From the NCBI GenBank assembly GCA_951406725.2, contig OX597827.1:43772001-43836000 (forward strand): DNA of 64,000 nucleotides. Reading direction: 5' to 3'. Under the pieces are notes generated by a model, which was given only the letters and a program-made list of their open reading frames with translations, searched no databases and was not told the origin of the DNA. The translations under genes and the position numbers were made by a program. This document shows, piece by piece, positions 46,265 to 61,270 of this stretch. Positions within the stretch are counted from its first letter, which is position 1. The number at the start of each line of letters is the position of its first letter. Source of the DNA: Octopus vulgaris (taxonomy: Eukaryota).

Positions 46265-47489
46265 TCGGATATGCTTTGTCAGACACTTAACGAACCGCCC
46301 GTCTCTCTGATGGAGCTGCAGTCTTGTGTCATTTGTGAGATCGAGAAAGGATGCCTTGTACCTTATCAATTAGACGCAGCAACTGATTGGATGTTAATTC
46401 TTGTAATTCATTCTATTTTAAAGACAGGGAAAAATCAACAGGAAGCACTCGCCAGATATTTCAATACACGAACAGAAACCTGTGGCGGGGATTTCATTAG
46501 TGAGGAAATAAGAAAGGTTGGGGAAGTCAGAATGGTTATTATCTATGGCACTGGTTTAGTAGGGGACGTGTCGGCGATATTCTCAGAAAGATCGTGGAAG
46601 TCGATGGGGAGGAATTCATCTGCCTCTTCTGGAAGACTTATAGGCCTGAGAATCTTAAACACCTTCTATAAATACTTCACTGGAAGTTGCATCCAAACAT
46701 GGGAAAAGCTCTATTCGCACAGCATGGTTGGTTAGCTGGACCGGTCTGAGACATGTGCAAAGGGGCGAAAGCAACTGAGATGCATTTGTGCAGTGTTCGA
46801 GTGTTGCCGATTTGAGAAACAAACACTCATAACTTGTTTCTTTTAAAACTTCATTGCATGAGAGTGATATCATGAAATTCCTCGAATTGAGCACTATCAT
46901 TTAAGCTTCATTAAAATATAACAAACATAAGGGAGTGATGCACGTACGCCGCAATAATATAGGAATATAAATTTATATATAAAGAACGTGAAATACACGA
47001 AGGGACGAACACGGAAAACAGACAAGTCATTCGAAGCTTTCAATCTTCTAAAATTTAAAAAAAAAGTTAATTTTACTTAAATCCAATATTTTGCCTTACC
47101 TATATTTTACCTCACAACTTTTTGTTGCCGGGGACCAAAACTATAAAATTCCTCATGCTTTCTTCTATCACTGAAGCTAAGATAAATATATTTTGCTTTT
47201 AAAATAAAAAAAAGTTATTCAGATCTAAACTTGATTGGTAGAGTTACTTACTCTCCTATAACGTTGCTACAAATTTTTATGTAAACTTTTTTCTACAGGA
47301 CCCAATCGCAAATTTTTTTATAAACATAAGCAAGCCCACATTGCAGCAGAGATGAGCTACGAATGAGCGTGTACAGCAGTATTTCTCAACAAGGGTCCAT
47401 AAGGCCCCTTGTGGGGCCATATAAGATTTTGTTAAAATTTATGTTCAATAATTGCTTGTACTTACACTATACACAAAAATATACATTTT

Positions 47490-47905
47490 TACTCTTTTAC
47501 TTGTTTCAGTCATTCGACTGCGACCATGCTGGAGCACTGCCTTTATTCGAACTAATCGATCCCAGGACTTATTCTTTGTAAGCCTATCGATCGTTTTTGC
47601 CGAACCGCTAAGTTACGGGTACATAAACATACCACCATCGGTTGTCAAGCGATGTTAGTGGGACAAACGCAGACACATAAATATATATATGTGTGTGTGT
47701 GTATGTATGTATGTATGTATGTATGTATATGTTTATATACGACGGTCTTCTTTCAGTTTCCGTCTAACGAATCCTCTCACAAGGCTTTGGTTGGCCCGAG
47801 GCTATAGTAGAAGACACTTGCCCAATATACCACGCAGTGGGACTGAACCCAGAAACATGTGGTTGGGAAGCAAGCTTCTTACCACACAACCAATCCTGCG
47901 CCTAT
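47490..47905 (-). mobile_element. SINE family A
   Basis: Near full-length homolog. Confidence 0.85.
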
Positions 47906-48604
47906 ATACCGCTCCTGTGTTAATTTCTTATATTTTTTACAATTCCTTATAATATTTGATTCTAAAGGCATGATAGGATTTTTTGAAACAGCCAATGTCT
48001 ATGACGTTCTACCAGGTAGAATCTACCTGTATATAATAAGAATAAACAAAAAATGGTTGAGAACCGTTTTTGTAAAACATATCAACTCACGCTTCCTTTT
48101 TCTCGTTTCTTTTATTTTTTTGTATTTTTGCATGATGACGGAATGGAAGCTGTACGCTATGAACGAGCTATGAACAGTCTACAAACGGAAAAGAAAGCTT
48201 ACAGCAAGATTAGCAATGTGGAATGGAATGTTTTATGTTCAGCAATACACTTGCATGACATCTGTAATTAATTTAGATTTTTCTTATTAACTTCAATCTA
48301 CATCGTATCGTCATTAACTTCATGAACTGATAGTAATCGTTGAATTGCAAATAGGGAACTTGCGTGAAAACCAGTGCCATCACCTCCCCCCTTTCCTCTA
48401 GCTTCCCCCCTTGTGTTTTCTCAGTAATCAACTTATGCTGATTTTTTTTGTTCGTTGTTTTGAGATTTTGGGTTGTCTCCCTTCTAAGCGCGATCTGCAG
48501 GAAACTAGAACGATTTCACTTCAATCAGTGAGAGAAAATGAGATCAAATTAGACAATATGTACTGCCTTTCGCATATCTTACCAATTAGAGAAAAAATAG
48601 TATG

Positions 48605-48655
48605 GCGACCTGATGAACAGTATGATTCCTAAGTGGGGAAACAATTAGTAGTTGC
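48605..48655 (+). ncRNA. Hammerhead-like motif, canonical core, decayed stem II
   Basis: gcgac-CTGATGA-acagtatgattcctaagtggg-GAAAC-aatta-GTA-gttgc. Confidence 0.5.
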
Positions 48656-48767
48656 TTGTGCAAAACTAATTAAAATTACACACATACAAACATACACACA
48701 CACACGCACACCGCGCGCCCGAACACACATGCACACATATGTATGTATAATGTATGTGTGCATGTAT

Positions 48768-48828
<61 letters not shown>

Positions 48829-49727
48829 CTATGTATGTATGTATATATGTATATATGTATGTATTTTCAACTAAGGTAGTAGTTGAATATTTTTAAGGCC
48901 GCAATTTACTCAACGCAGTATGTTTCAGGGTTTTCTCGCTAATTCAGTTCTTAACCAAATTGAAAACTGTTAACATTTCTGAAGAGGACTGGTTCCTAGC
49001 TACATTTTGGCATAAAAATAATTGGAGATTGGGTCCTGTAGAAAAAAGTTTGCATAAAAGTTTGTAGCAACGTTACAGGAGAGTAAGTAACGCCTCCAAT
49101 CAAGTTTAGATCTGAATAACTTTCTTATTTTAAAAGCAAAATATATTTATCTTAGTTTCAATTATAGAAGAAAGCATGAGGAATTTTATAGTTTTGGTCC
49201 CCTGCAACCAAAAAGGTTGTGAGGTATAATATCATAGGAAAAATATTGGTAAGGCAAAAAATTGGATTCAAGTAAAATTAACTTTTTTTTATTTTAAAAA
49301 CAAACTATATTTTAATGAAGCTTAAATGACGGAGCTTAATTCGAGGAAGGAGTTATCACTCTCATGCAATGAAATTTTAAAAGAAAAAAGCTATGAGTGT
49401 TTGTTTCTCAAATTTGAGGGTCATAATATAGTTCTATACTATTTTATGAATATAGTTCTATAAGGGGATATCTAATATATGTCACTGGCATCATCGAGGT
49501 AAGGAAAAATTACCAACGACACCTCTAATTTTCAATTAGTTCAACTAGGTCATCTGTATTAATTAATGCAATTATATCATGTAAACACAATCCCGTAATA
49601 TCTGAGACGAAAAAGAAGTTCTAAAAAAATATTATGAGTGTTTGGTTCTCAAATTTGAGGGTGATAATATAGGTCTATACATTCTTATGAATAAAATTCT
49701 ATAAGAAGACTTTTAATACATCACCGG

Positions 49728-49976
49728 CAAGGCGGCGAGCTGGCAGAAACGTTAGCACGCTGGGCGAAATGCTTAGCGGTATTTCGTCTGCCGTTACGTT
49801 CTGAGTTCAAATTCCGCCTAGGTCGACTTTGCCTTTCATCCTTTCGGGATCGATTAAATAAGTACCAGTTGGGCACTGGGGTCGATAAAATCGACTTAAT
49901 CCGTTTGTCAGTTCTTGTTTGTCCACTCTGTGCTTAGCCCCTTGTGGGTAGTAAAGAAATAGGTATTTCGTCTGTC
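49728..49976 (+). mobile_element. tRNA-derived SINE family B (MetaSINE-like central domain)
   Basis: Head aaggcggcgagctggcagaa...gagttcaaattccgcc and central gactttgcctttcatcctttcgggatcgat..aagtaccag, resembling the Meta/Sauria-SINE domain as I recall it. Confidence 0.8.
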
Positions 49977-50451
49977 GGAATTATTAAGATAAGACTTTTC
50001 CTTTCTTCCATAACGAGGTGAAGTGGTGAACGCCGGAGAAACGAGCTTTGAGAAGAGACAGGCAAAAGCCCGTCTTGTCTTTAGGAAGGAAGTGGAAGAA
50101 AGGAAAAGTTTTATCTTAATAATTCCGATGCGCACTCTACAAACTATCTCTATTTTATTTCCCTCTCTTGTTCTTCTTCCATTCTGTTTTTCCCTCCCAC
50201 TCTCTCACTAATTCTTCTCCCCTCCCCTACACCGTTCCCGTTCTCTCCCTCACTTTTCCTCCTTGACTCTCTCGTTGTTTCTCTCCCACCCTTTCTCTAA
50301 TTCTTTTCCTCTTCCCTTCACCGTTCCCTCTCTCTCCCTCACTCTTCCACCTTGACTCTCTCGTTGTTCACACGTGACCAACGGCTACCTATCTTTCTTC
50401 CTTCCACTTCCTTCCTAAAGACAAGACGTGCTTTTGCCTGTCTCTTCTCAA

Positions 50452-50496
<45 letters not shown>

Positions 50497-50552
50497 TAGG
50501 TAGGTAGGTAGATAGGTAGGTAGGTAGGTAGAATATTAAGGGGTGCATGCGT

Positions 50553-50605
<53 letters not shown>

Positions 50606-50965
50606 GAAGGAATTCTTTCAGTTTCTATCTACATAATCCACTCAGAAAGCTTTGGTCGGCCCGAGGCTATAGGAGAAGATACCTGCCTAAGTTGCTACGC
50701 ATATATATACATATAATATATGGATTAATGAAACACCTCATCTACTGTTAACAGTATGTATGTACGAATCACAACTTGTGTGTGCGTGCGTATTTAAGTG
50801 AGTGTGTGTGTATGTGGCTGTTTGAGCGTGTGTGTGTATGTGGCTTGTTTGAGCGTGTGTGTGTGTGTGTGTGTGTAACTTTAATTTGTTATCTATATGT
50901 TTTATTTCATAAGATTATAAATTTTAATTATACTGTGAAACAGATAGGCAGATAGATAGATAGAC

Positions 50966-51055
<90 letters not shown>

Positions 51056-51066
51056 CTAAATGATGG

Positions 51067-51139
<73 letters not shown>

Positions 51140-51338
51140 CCTTACTGCTATAGGCACAAGGCCTAAAATTTTGGGGGAGGGGGCCAGTCGATTAGATCAA
51201 CCCCAGTACGCAACTGGTACTTAATTTATCAACTCCGAAAGAATGAAAGGTAAAGTCGACCATGGCGGAATTTGAACTCAGACCGTTGCGATGGGCGAAA
51301 TACCCTTAAGCATTTCAATAATAATAATAATAATAATG

Positions 51339-51377
<39 letters not shown>

Positions 51378-51500
51378 GTAATAATAATAATAATAATATG
51401 GCGTCATAAGTAAAATGTCACCTGTTTAGATACGTTACTTTTGGTCCACTTTATATAGATATTCCATTTTATAGAGATAAGTAGATAGATAGATATATAT

Positions 51501-51775
51501 GTTTCTTTATTAGCCACACAGGGCTGCACACAGACAGGACAAATTACAAGGTAGAGCTTTTCTTTTGGGGGTAAAAAAACGGGGGTTTGGTTTTCGATCA
51601 AAAGGGATCGTAAGGGGAAAGAAAGAGGACAAAAAAGGGGGGAATTGATCAATAGGGATCGTTATCACAGAAATGTCAATATGAAGTGTAAAGGAGAGGA
51701 CAGGTGAGGTTTACCCGTGGAAAGAAAAGCCTATGGAAAAGACCACGGTAACCTCGGTCAATGAAGTCACATGTT
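51501..51775 (-). mobile_element. Probable LINE (L1/Tx1-like) 3' UTR remnant
   Basis: The minus strand is pyrimidine-rich and ends ...gcagccctgtgtggctAATAAAgaaac followed by a TA/TATC microsatellite. The clade assignment is inference. Confidence 0.45.
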
Positions 51776-51834
51776 ATATTTCTTTTTTTTTTTTGCAAAT
51801 AAGCAACTCTCTGTATTAATTTTTACGGTTCATG

Positions 51835-51927
<93 letters not shown>

Positions 51928-52954
51928 GAACTGAACTGATGACAGGTAAAAAGAATTAATATCGTTATCCTTACTATACATACTTTAAACTTAAAAGGCA
52001 GCGGATATTGTGACTATCAGACATCAAATAGCAGACGCTTTCTTAATTATATATTGAATTCCATGCACTTAAATCTTTATAAAGTACTGCAAATCAATTA
52101 GATTTTATATTCAATAATTAATAATTTTAACTTTCAGTCTGGTGAGGTAAACACCTCCTAGCTTGCTTACCCAGACGGTACGTCTCAGGTATGTATGCGT
52201 GTATCTCGAAATCTTTATGAACACGAAAGTGTGTGCAGGCACGAGCGCATATATGTTCACGTGTATGTGTGTGTGAGGGTATGTATGTGTCTCTTTCACT
52301 CTCTTTCTTCCTCTCTCTCTTTCTCTCTCTCTTCCTTTCTCTCTTTCCTATCTCCTCCTCTTTCTCCCTGTCTCTCTCTCTATCTATCTATCTATCTATC
52401 TTCCTCTCCATATCTATCTTTCTCTCTCTCTCTTCCTCTCTCTCTCTCTCTCTTTTCTCTTTCCCATTTTCTCTCTCTTCCTGTCTTTCTTCCTCTCTCT
52501 CTCTTTCTCTCTCTTCCTCTCTCTCTCTCTCTCTTCCTTTTTTTCTCTCTTCCTCTCTTTCTTCCTCTTTCTCTCTTTCTCTCTTTCTTCCTCTCTCTGT
52601 CTCTTTCTCTCTTTCTTTCTCCCCTTCTCTCTCTCTTTTTCTCTTTCCCTTTTTTCTCTCTCTTTCTCTCTTTCTTCCTCTATCTCTTCCTCTCTCTCTC
52701 TAGCTGTACGTATTTGTATGAACAGAAATGTTCGGGCTAAATTTGACAGTTTGCATGAAAAGTAAATGAGACACAAAATCCCATCCAAAAATAAAATTAT
52801 TTTAAAAACTCAATAAATATCAACACGATTATAGCTAGGAGGAGAGTTTACTCAAAGTAGCCGCCCTCAGCTTCCACAAAGATTCAAGACGGCTTCAGAA
52901 CCTGGTGCATGCATTCCTCATTGTTTCCCTGTGAAGATTTTTAAAACTCCATCT

Positions 52955-53362
52955 TATTTCTTAATTGCCCACAAGAGGCTAAACATAGAGAGGACAAACA
53001 AGGACAGACAAAGGGATTAAGTCGATTACATCGACCCCAGTGCGTAACTGGTACTTAATTTAGCGACTCCGAAATGATGAAAGGCAAAGTCGACCTCGGC
53101 GGAATTTGAACTCAAAAGGTAAAGATAGACGAAATACCTACTTCTTTACTACCCACAAGGGGCCTAAACACAGAGGGGACAGACAAAGGGATTAAGTCGA
53201 TTACATCGACCCCAGTGTGTAACTGGTACTTAATTTATCGACCCCGAAAGGATGAAAGGCAAAGTGGACCTCGGCGGAATTTGAACTCAGAACGTAACGG
53301 CAGACGAAATACTCCTAAGCATTTCGCCTGGCGTGCTAACATTTCTGCCAGCTCGCCGCCTT
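52955..53362 (-). mobile_element. SINE family B, tandem dimer (other copies near 26735, 29905, 34178, 44400, 45530, 51140, 63080)
   Basis: Same junction near 53131. Confidence 0.85.
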
Positions 53363-53420
53363 ATCTTGGCCACCTTCTTTATCCTTCCTTATCTTGGCCA
53401 CCATTTAGGCCTTCGTGCAG

Positions 53421-53489
<69 letters not shown>

Positions 53490-53491
<2 letters not shown>

Positions 53492-53990
53492 TGGTGTATT
53501 TCTCAATCGAGCCCCCACACATAGTAATCCAGGGTACAGGTGAAATCGTAGAAATCCTCCGACAACCACTTCTGACACTTTCCATAAATATGGCAAGGAA
53601 CAGAATCCAGATGTCAAAAATATGACCTTCAGCAGTATCCTTCTTCAGCCAGGGTTTGGCCACAATCTCCTGCAGCTTCACTTTACCATCTGAATTGAGC
53701 CTAGGGCATTGCTCAAAGATGAGGAGATGAACCTTGACGTGCGGGCGCAGTCAGGAAGTTTGCTGTGTCTCTTTATACCGGCCAGGGCTTCGTAGTCTCC
53801 GTTGCTGCTGTTCATGTCACGTTGTAGAGCCTTTACAAAGTTCGCAGGGTATTGAGCGGCAGTCATGGTATCGACGTTTTGATACCCGGCGCGAATCATC
53901 CTGATACGAGTAACGCGTTTCCCAATATCCGGGTGGCTTCCAACATTTTGTGTGAGCGAAGTTTTCTTTAAATACAACATTAATCTTTAT
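53490..53990 (-). pseudogene. maT/DD37D-like (IS630-Tc1-mariner) transposase remnant, internally deleted
   Basis: Across frames on the minus strand: KRVTRIRMIRAG..., DYEALAGIKRHS..DCART, KPWLKK, DSVPCHIYGKCQKWLSEDFYDF and LDYYVWG..IEKYTN. Confidence 0.75.
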
Positions 53991-54206
53991 GCTCTCCAAC
54001 GCCGTTGACTCTTCACAAATACATTAAGATGCTTCTGAGAGAAAAAAAAATTGAGTCATAAAACAAAATCGTCCAATTTAGCCCGAACAGGCTGTAGATA
54101 TGAAACCTTGCATTGTATGGCGTGAGATAACGAGAGAAAAGCAAAGATGAGATAAAACATAAAATAATAACGAAGTGTAAATATAACAGAGACACAAAAC
54201 TGAGAC

Positions 54207-54257
<51 letters not shown>

Positions 54258-54337
54258 CAGATAAAAAACGTCTGAATTTCTCCTTCATGATAAAAGGCAA
54301 CACAAGTGCATATATACATATATACATACAAATATAC

Positions 54338-54399
<62 letters not shown>

Positions 54400-54574
54400 C
54401 ATAAATATATATATATATGTATACATATATATGTGTATGTGTGTATACATATGGGTGTGTATGTATGTATGTATGTATGTATGTATGTATGTATGTGTCT
54501 ACATACGCAGATACATACGCATCTGTCTATCTATATATATATAGAATATATACGCACATACATATATATAGATG

Positions 54575-54606
<32 letters not shown>

Positions 54607-54608
54607 TC

Positions 54609-54640
<32 letters not shown>

Positions 54641-54952
54641 TCTATATATATATGTGTATATAGATGTGTGTGTGTGAGTACAGACTCATGCACACATGCA
54701 TAAACATACGCGTGCATATTCAAATATACACAAATGTGTACAAAATTATATTTGCCAGCGTGTCTTTGTGTATCAGTGTATGTGTGTGTATGTGAGTGTG
54801 CGCGCGTGTGCACATGCGATCATCTCTCTCACTCAATCTTTCATTCTCTGTATGTATATGTACACATATTTACATGTGTCTGTTTGTGTGTGTATGTGTG
54901 TATGTGTGTGTGTGAACGTGTGTATGTATGTCTATGCACATATATATTTGTA

Positions 54953-55370
54953 CAGGCGTGGCTGTGTGGTAAGAGGCTTGCTTCCCAACCACATGTTTCC
55001 GGGTTCAGTCCCACTGCGGGACATCTTGGGCAAGTGTCTTCTACTATAGAAGGTACTTTGGTCGGTCTGCCTCGAACCAACCAAACCCTTGTGAATGGAT
55101 TTGGTAGACGGAAACTGAAAGAAGCCTGTCGTGTATATATGTGAGTGTGTGTCTGTGTGTGTATGTATGTATGTGTGTGTTTGTGTGTTTGTGTGTTTGT
55201 TTGTGCGTGTGTGTGTGCGTATTTGTGTGTTTGTGTTTTTCCCCAATAGCGCTTGACAATCTGTGTTGGTGCGTTTACGTCCGCGTAACTTAGCGGTTCG
55301 GTCATAGAGCACTAGGCTTACAAAGAATAAGTACTGGGGTCGAATCGTTCGACTAAAGGCAGTCGCAGCC
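54953..55370 (+). mobile_element. SINE family A
   Basis: Homolog. Confidence 0.8.
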
Positions 55371-55407
55371 AAAGAATACAAGAATATAATAAAATATAAT
55401 ATAATGT

Positions 55408-55779
<372 letters not shown>

Positions 55780-56005
55780 CGCTCAGGAATGAAAAAGAGT
55801 CATAGGGAGACAATACGATAATGGTAAAAACAAGAGAAAGATAGAAGCGGGGCATGTTTAATACATTAGAATAACAAAATGTGATGTGCAAAACAGATTT
55901 ATAAAGTTTTGGCACATCCGATGATGGGCTTCAAAAAACAAACATTCAATGTAAATCTGGGTATATATATATATACATACATACATACATACATACAAAC
56001 ATACA

Positions 56006-56040
<35 letters not shown>

Positions 56041-56320
56041 GTATGTATGTGTGTGTGTGTGTATACATATATATATGTATATATGTGCGTGTGTGTGCAT
56101 ACCTTTTTGTGAGTATATATATAATGTCTTTTACATGTTTCAGTCATCAGATTGCGGCCACGCTGGGGCACCGTCTTGAATTTTTAGTCGAATGAAATCG
56201 ACCCCAGTACTTACTTTTTAAGCCTCGAAATTATTCTATCGGACTAATTTGTCGAACTGCTAAGTTACGGCATGCAAACACACCATGTAATATCTACCTT
56301 TCTATCTATCTATCTGTCTG

Positions 56321-56462
<142 letters not shown>

Positions 56463-56770
56463 TGTATGTATGCATGCATATATAAGACACCAAAGTATAT
56501 GTACGCCGCGATATGTGAGTAAAAAAGAATACAAAAAGGGGACAAGAAAAAATAAGGACGGGTCATTCGGAGTTTTCTCTCCTCGGTCGAGTTCCAGATA
56601 ATCTTTGCAGTTTCGGCTGGTTATACTCGTGACTGGTCCAATCTGGCCAGCCCCAAGGTCTGGCTTGGCAGAACACCGGTCACGTGGAAGAAGAGAAGAG
56701 AAGCAGAGGCAGAGGGATTGAAGAATTAGGAAGGGACGAGAAAGTAAAAAGAAATATAATATGTATTATC

Positions 56771-56824
<54 letters not shown>

Positions 56825-57509
56825 GTTCTTGCCTCATGTTTTTGCGAATGATACTAAGTAGCTATCAGGCGCAGGAGTGGCTGTGTGGAAAGTAGCAGGC
56901 TTACCAGCCACATGGTTCCGGTTTCAGTCCTACTCTACGTGGCACCTTAGGCAAGTGTCTTCTACTATAGCCTCGGGCCGACCAAATCCCTGTAAGTAAA
57001 TTTGGTAGACGGAAACTGAAAGAAGCTACTAATATACTTCGTTACTTTTAAGTACTATACACGTTTATACGAGAAGCTTTCTCAAGACAAAATCCTCAGT
57101 TTTGTAGGTTTCTACAGTATAACCACTTTAAGTAATATACACAGATCACTATTCTGAACTAATATTGCTTTTGTTTCAAATAATGAATTTTTACTCAGCC
57201 CACCAACTATTTGCGACACCAGTGATTTCTTTTTCTATTTCAGTCGTAGCTGATAGTGGATAGTTACTATCGATGACGTGCAAAGTTGTAGAAGGCTAGA
57301 TTTTAGCACTTCCACCGGTCGCTACTGTATACTTTTCCTCTACTGTTTATATACTTCTGTGCCCTTTGGCTCTATATGTCGATACAAGATGCTTTCTCAA
57401 GACGAACGCAAGAAATTGTTTAAAACAGTGATCCAATGAAAATTGAAAGACTGGAGTGATATCAGAAGTAAGGAAAATAGAGCAACGGATCACAGCTTTA
57501 TCTTATATT

Positions 57510-57900
57510 TTCATATTTCGGGTAAAATATCTCTTCGTCAGGAGAAAATGGAGTATGGTATTAAACTCGTATCATTTTCTCAAAGGCATAGAACGGGTTG
57601 TGTCGCGACAGGCATAGAATGATAGCATTACAGTAACCAGTCTACTTCGAGTAACTCACGTCGCGTGTTGATCGACTGTTAAAGTTCATAAATGGAGAAG
57701 GCTTCACAAATGGAGAGGGCTTCCTTTTTAGTGATGTATCTGTGTGTACGTCGTATTTCGTGCTTCTCCGTGCGGATATGTAGGTTTTGGATACTGCTTC
57801 CGATATATGGATGTTAACCATCGTTCACAGTTGTCGTTGCAATCCACTGGTTGATTTTTCTGACTGGAATTTCCTCACAGGGAAACCGAAATACACAATC
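57510..57900 (-). pseudogene. Decayed PLE 3' end: GIY-YIG remnant followed by a hammerhead-like motif
   Basis: The minus strand encodes ...PYIGSSIQNLHIRTEKH... (YIG.....L..R...H), then CTGACGA-a-gagatattttaccc-GAAA at 57516-57541. Confidence 0.45.
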
Positions 57901-58265
57901 TAAGAGTTTAAAATCTCTATGGGTCGGTCAGTGGCTTTTAGCAGCGGTTTTGTCATCAAAATATATAGTCAGCATGACCGCAGTCAAATGACTGAAACAA
58001 GTAAAAGAGTAAAAGAGTATATATTAGCCAGAAAAATCCGCGATGTACTGAGTGCGCGATAGGTGAACCGCGATATGGCGAGGGATTACTTTTTTGTAAT
58101 GGGACTTAAGCTAATAATCTAGTACCAGCGGTTTCATGCCGGTTTATTAACCTACGATTATTCAAGTCGGGATCATGGGTGACATTCTCCTATCAGATTT
58201 ATTTTCCACCTTTCCGGTGTTGAGCACTTTCTTTTAACTCGTTAATAACGTATAACTTACAGACT

Positions 58266-58298
<33 letters not shown>

Positions 58299-58658
58299 AC
58301 ACACACACGTGCACATGCATGCATACATACGCCCATATGAATATATACATACGGATATAAATAGATATTCGTATGTGTGCGTGCGTGCGTGCGCGTGTGT
58401 GGTGTGAGTGCGTGTGTACATGCGTGCGTGCGTGCGTGCGTGCGTGCGTGTGGGTGGATGCGTATGCGTGTACGTGTGTGAATGGGCATGTTTATGCGTC
58501 TGTGTGAAGTGAAAATGTCAGATAACGATAAGAGTGAACGAACTTTCGATAACAACGTATAACATAATTTAATGAAATTTTGCCGGTTTGAAAAGTGTCA
58601 CTTTTAATTTAAACAAGTTGCCTTGGCAGCAACTCTCTCCCTCCCACCCACCTCCCTT

Positions 58659-58695
<37 letters not shown>

Positions 58696-59179
58696 CTTTC
58701 TCTCTCCTTCCTTCCCGCTTTTCCTTTCTCTCTCTCTCTCAAGCTACAGATCTCTCGTCGGAAATCTCTAGTTGTTCTCTCTCATCTCTCTATGTCTTAG
58801 CCCCACATTTTCGTACGCTTAATATATTTCCTTCTATCTTGTTTTTGATAGTTATATTCGCTTCACCCCCTCCCCCTCTCTCTCTTTTATTCTCTCTTTC
58901 ACTCTCTTTCACTGCCCCTCCCCACTTTCTCTTCGGCAATCATTCTTTCAATTGCACTTTCGCTTCCAGTCTGTTTCTGTCCCTCTGTCTCGCTTCGCTC
59001 TTTCTCTCTCTTTCTCTCTCTCTCTCTCTCATTCACACTCCACACACACACTCTGTCTTTCTCCATCTATTTCACGCATATACTTAAATACATTCCCCTC
59101 TCACACACGTTCTAATGAGAGTAAAACCTCATTCCTAAACGCAGGAACACGTTTCCAAACTTAATCGGAAACAAGCACA

Positions 59180-59229
<50 letters not shown>

Positions 59230-59655
59230 ACTACCACCACCACCACCACCACCACCACCACCACCACCACCACCACCACCACCACCACCACACAAACAAA
59301 CACACCACACACATACAAAGATATATAAAGGTGTCTACAGAGATTCACACATACATATATAAATATATTCTTATACAACACAGATTTATATAAATTCAAA
59401 TATACTTACACATACGAATTTACACATGCACACACACACACACGCACACATACACACACGCACACGCACACACATATATACACACACATCTATATGTATG
59501 CGCGCGTGTGTGTATACGAATACATATACTAACATTGTGTAAGCATATATGTGCGTTTATGTATGTATACATATATGTATATATATACATATACATACAT
59601 ACATACACATATACATATATACATCTGTGTATGTATGTATGTATGTATGTATGTA

Positions 59656-59694
<39 letters not shown>

Positions 59695-59695
59695 G

Positions 59696-59768
<73 letters not shown>

Positions 59769-60041
59769 TTATGTTATATATATATATGTATGACATACAC
59801 GCGCATATGTGTATCAAGACTTTTACAAACACGCTTCCATAGAAAGTGTAATGAATACTCTGTCAGAAGTTTCTCATTGAGGTTGTGTATTTAAAGTTAA
59901 TTAAACATCATTAACTTAATGACGGAATCAACTCGGAAGAATAATTCAGTCGTATTGTAATTAAACACAAACAAAATAATACATGCTCTGCCTTGATATT
60001 TGGCCATTCTCTGCACGATATATAGACATACACATACACAC

Positions 60042-60115
<74 letters not shown>

Positions 60116-60510
60116 TATGTGTGTATGTATCTATTTGTGTGTGTATGCATACATATTCGTACAGGTATACATATCTTTATATGTATGTATGTGTGTGTGT
60201 AAGTGTGTATATAAAACCATATATTCATATATAGCACATACATGTATACACAAACACATACTCATATACATATATTTATATGCGTATATGTTGTATTTGC
60301 GTGTATGCTGTGCGATTGTCTGTGCATTCGTATATGAAGTTATTTATGCAACGTACTTAAACATACACACACAAATATATATACACCTATACATATAAAC
60401 ATATACATATACATAAGTATGTATGTATATAAATCATACAATATCGTACATATAACGCATAAGGAAAATATATCACATGAATAGTATATTCACAGACATA
60501 TTTACATATA

Positions 60511-60558
<48 letters not shown>

Positions 60559-60834
60559 CTAAACCAGATATACACCACTGAGAAGAACTCTATCATACAT
60601 ACTTTGCGCACACACTCACACGCACATGCATAATGCATTACATAATGTTGCATGTAGCATAATGTTGCATGCAGCATCGTATATTACATAATTATATTAC
60701 ATATACATATATATGAAACTGAATATTAAGTTCAATATTATATGTTTGTGTGCATGTATGTGTGCATGCTTGTCTATACGTATATTTATTTGTGCCTGTT
60801 ATAAACGTATGTGAATGCATGCATATATATATAT

Positions 60835-60984
60835 AGGCGTAGGAGTGACTGTGTGGTAAGTAGCTTGCTTATGAACCACATGGTTCCGGGTTCAGTCCCA
60901 CTGCGGGGCACCCTGGGCAAGTTTCTTCTACTATAGTCTCGGGCCAACCAGGGTCCTTGTAACGGAAACTGAAAGAAGCCCGTC

Positions 60985-61053
<69 letters not shown>

Positions 61054-61270
61054 CATAAGTTTGTGTGTCTGTGTTTGTCTCCCCAACATCGCTTAACAAC
61101 CGATGCTGGTGTGTTTACGTCCCCTTAACTTAGCGGATCGTCAAAAGTAACCGGTAGAATAAGTACTAGGCTTACAAAGAACAAGTCCTGGGGTCGATTT
61201 GCTCGACTATAGGCGGTGCTCCAGCATGGCCACAGTCAAATGACTGAAACAAATAAAAGAGTAAAAGAGA
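60835..61270 (+). mobile_element. SINE family A, near full length
   Basis: aggcgtaggagtgactgtgtggtaag ... gactgaaacaaataaaagagtaaaagag. Confidence 0.9.
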
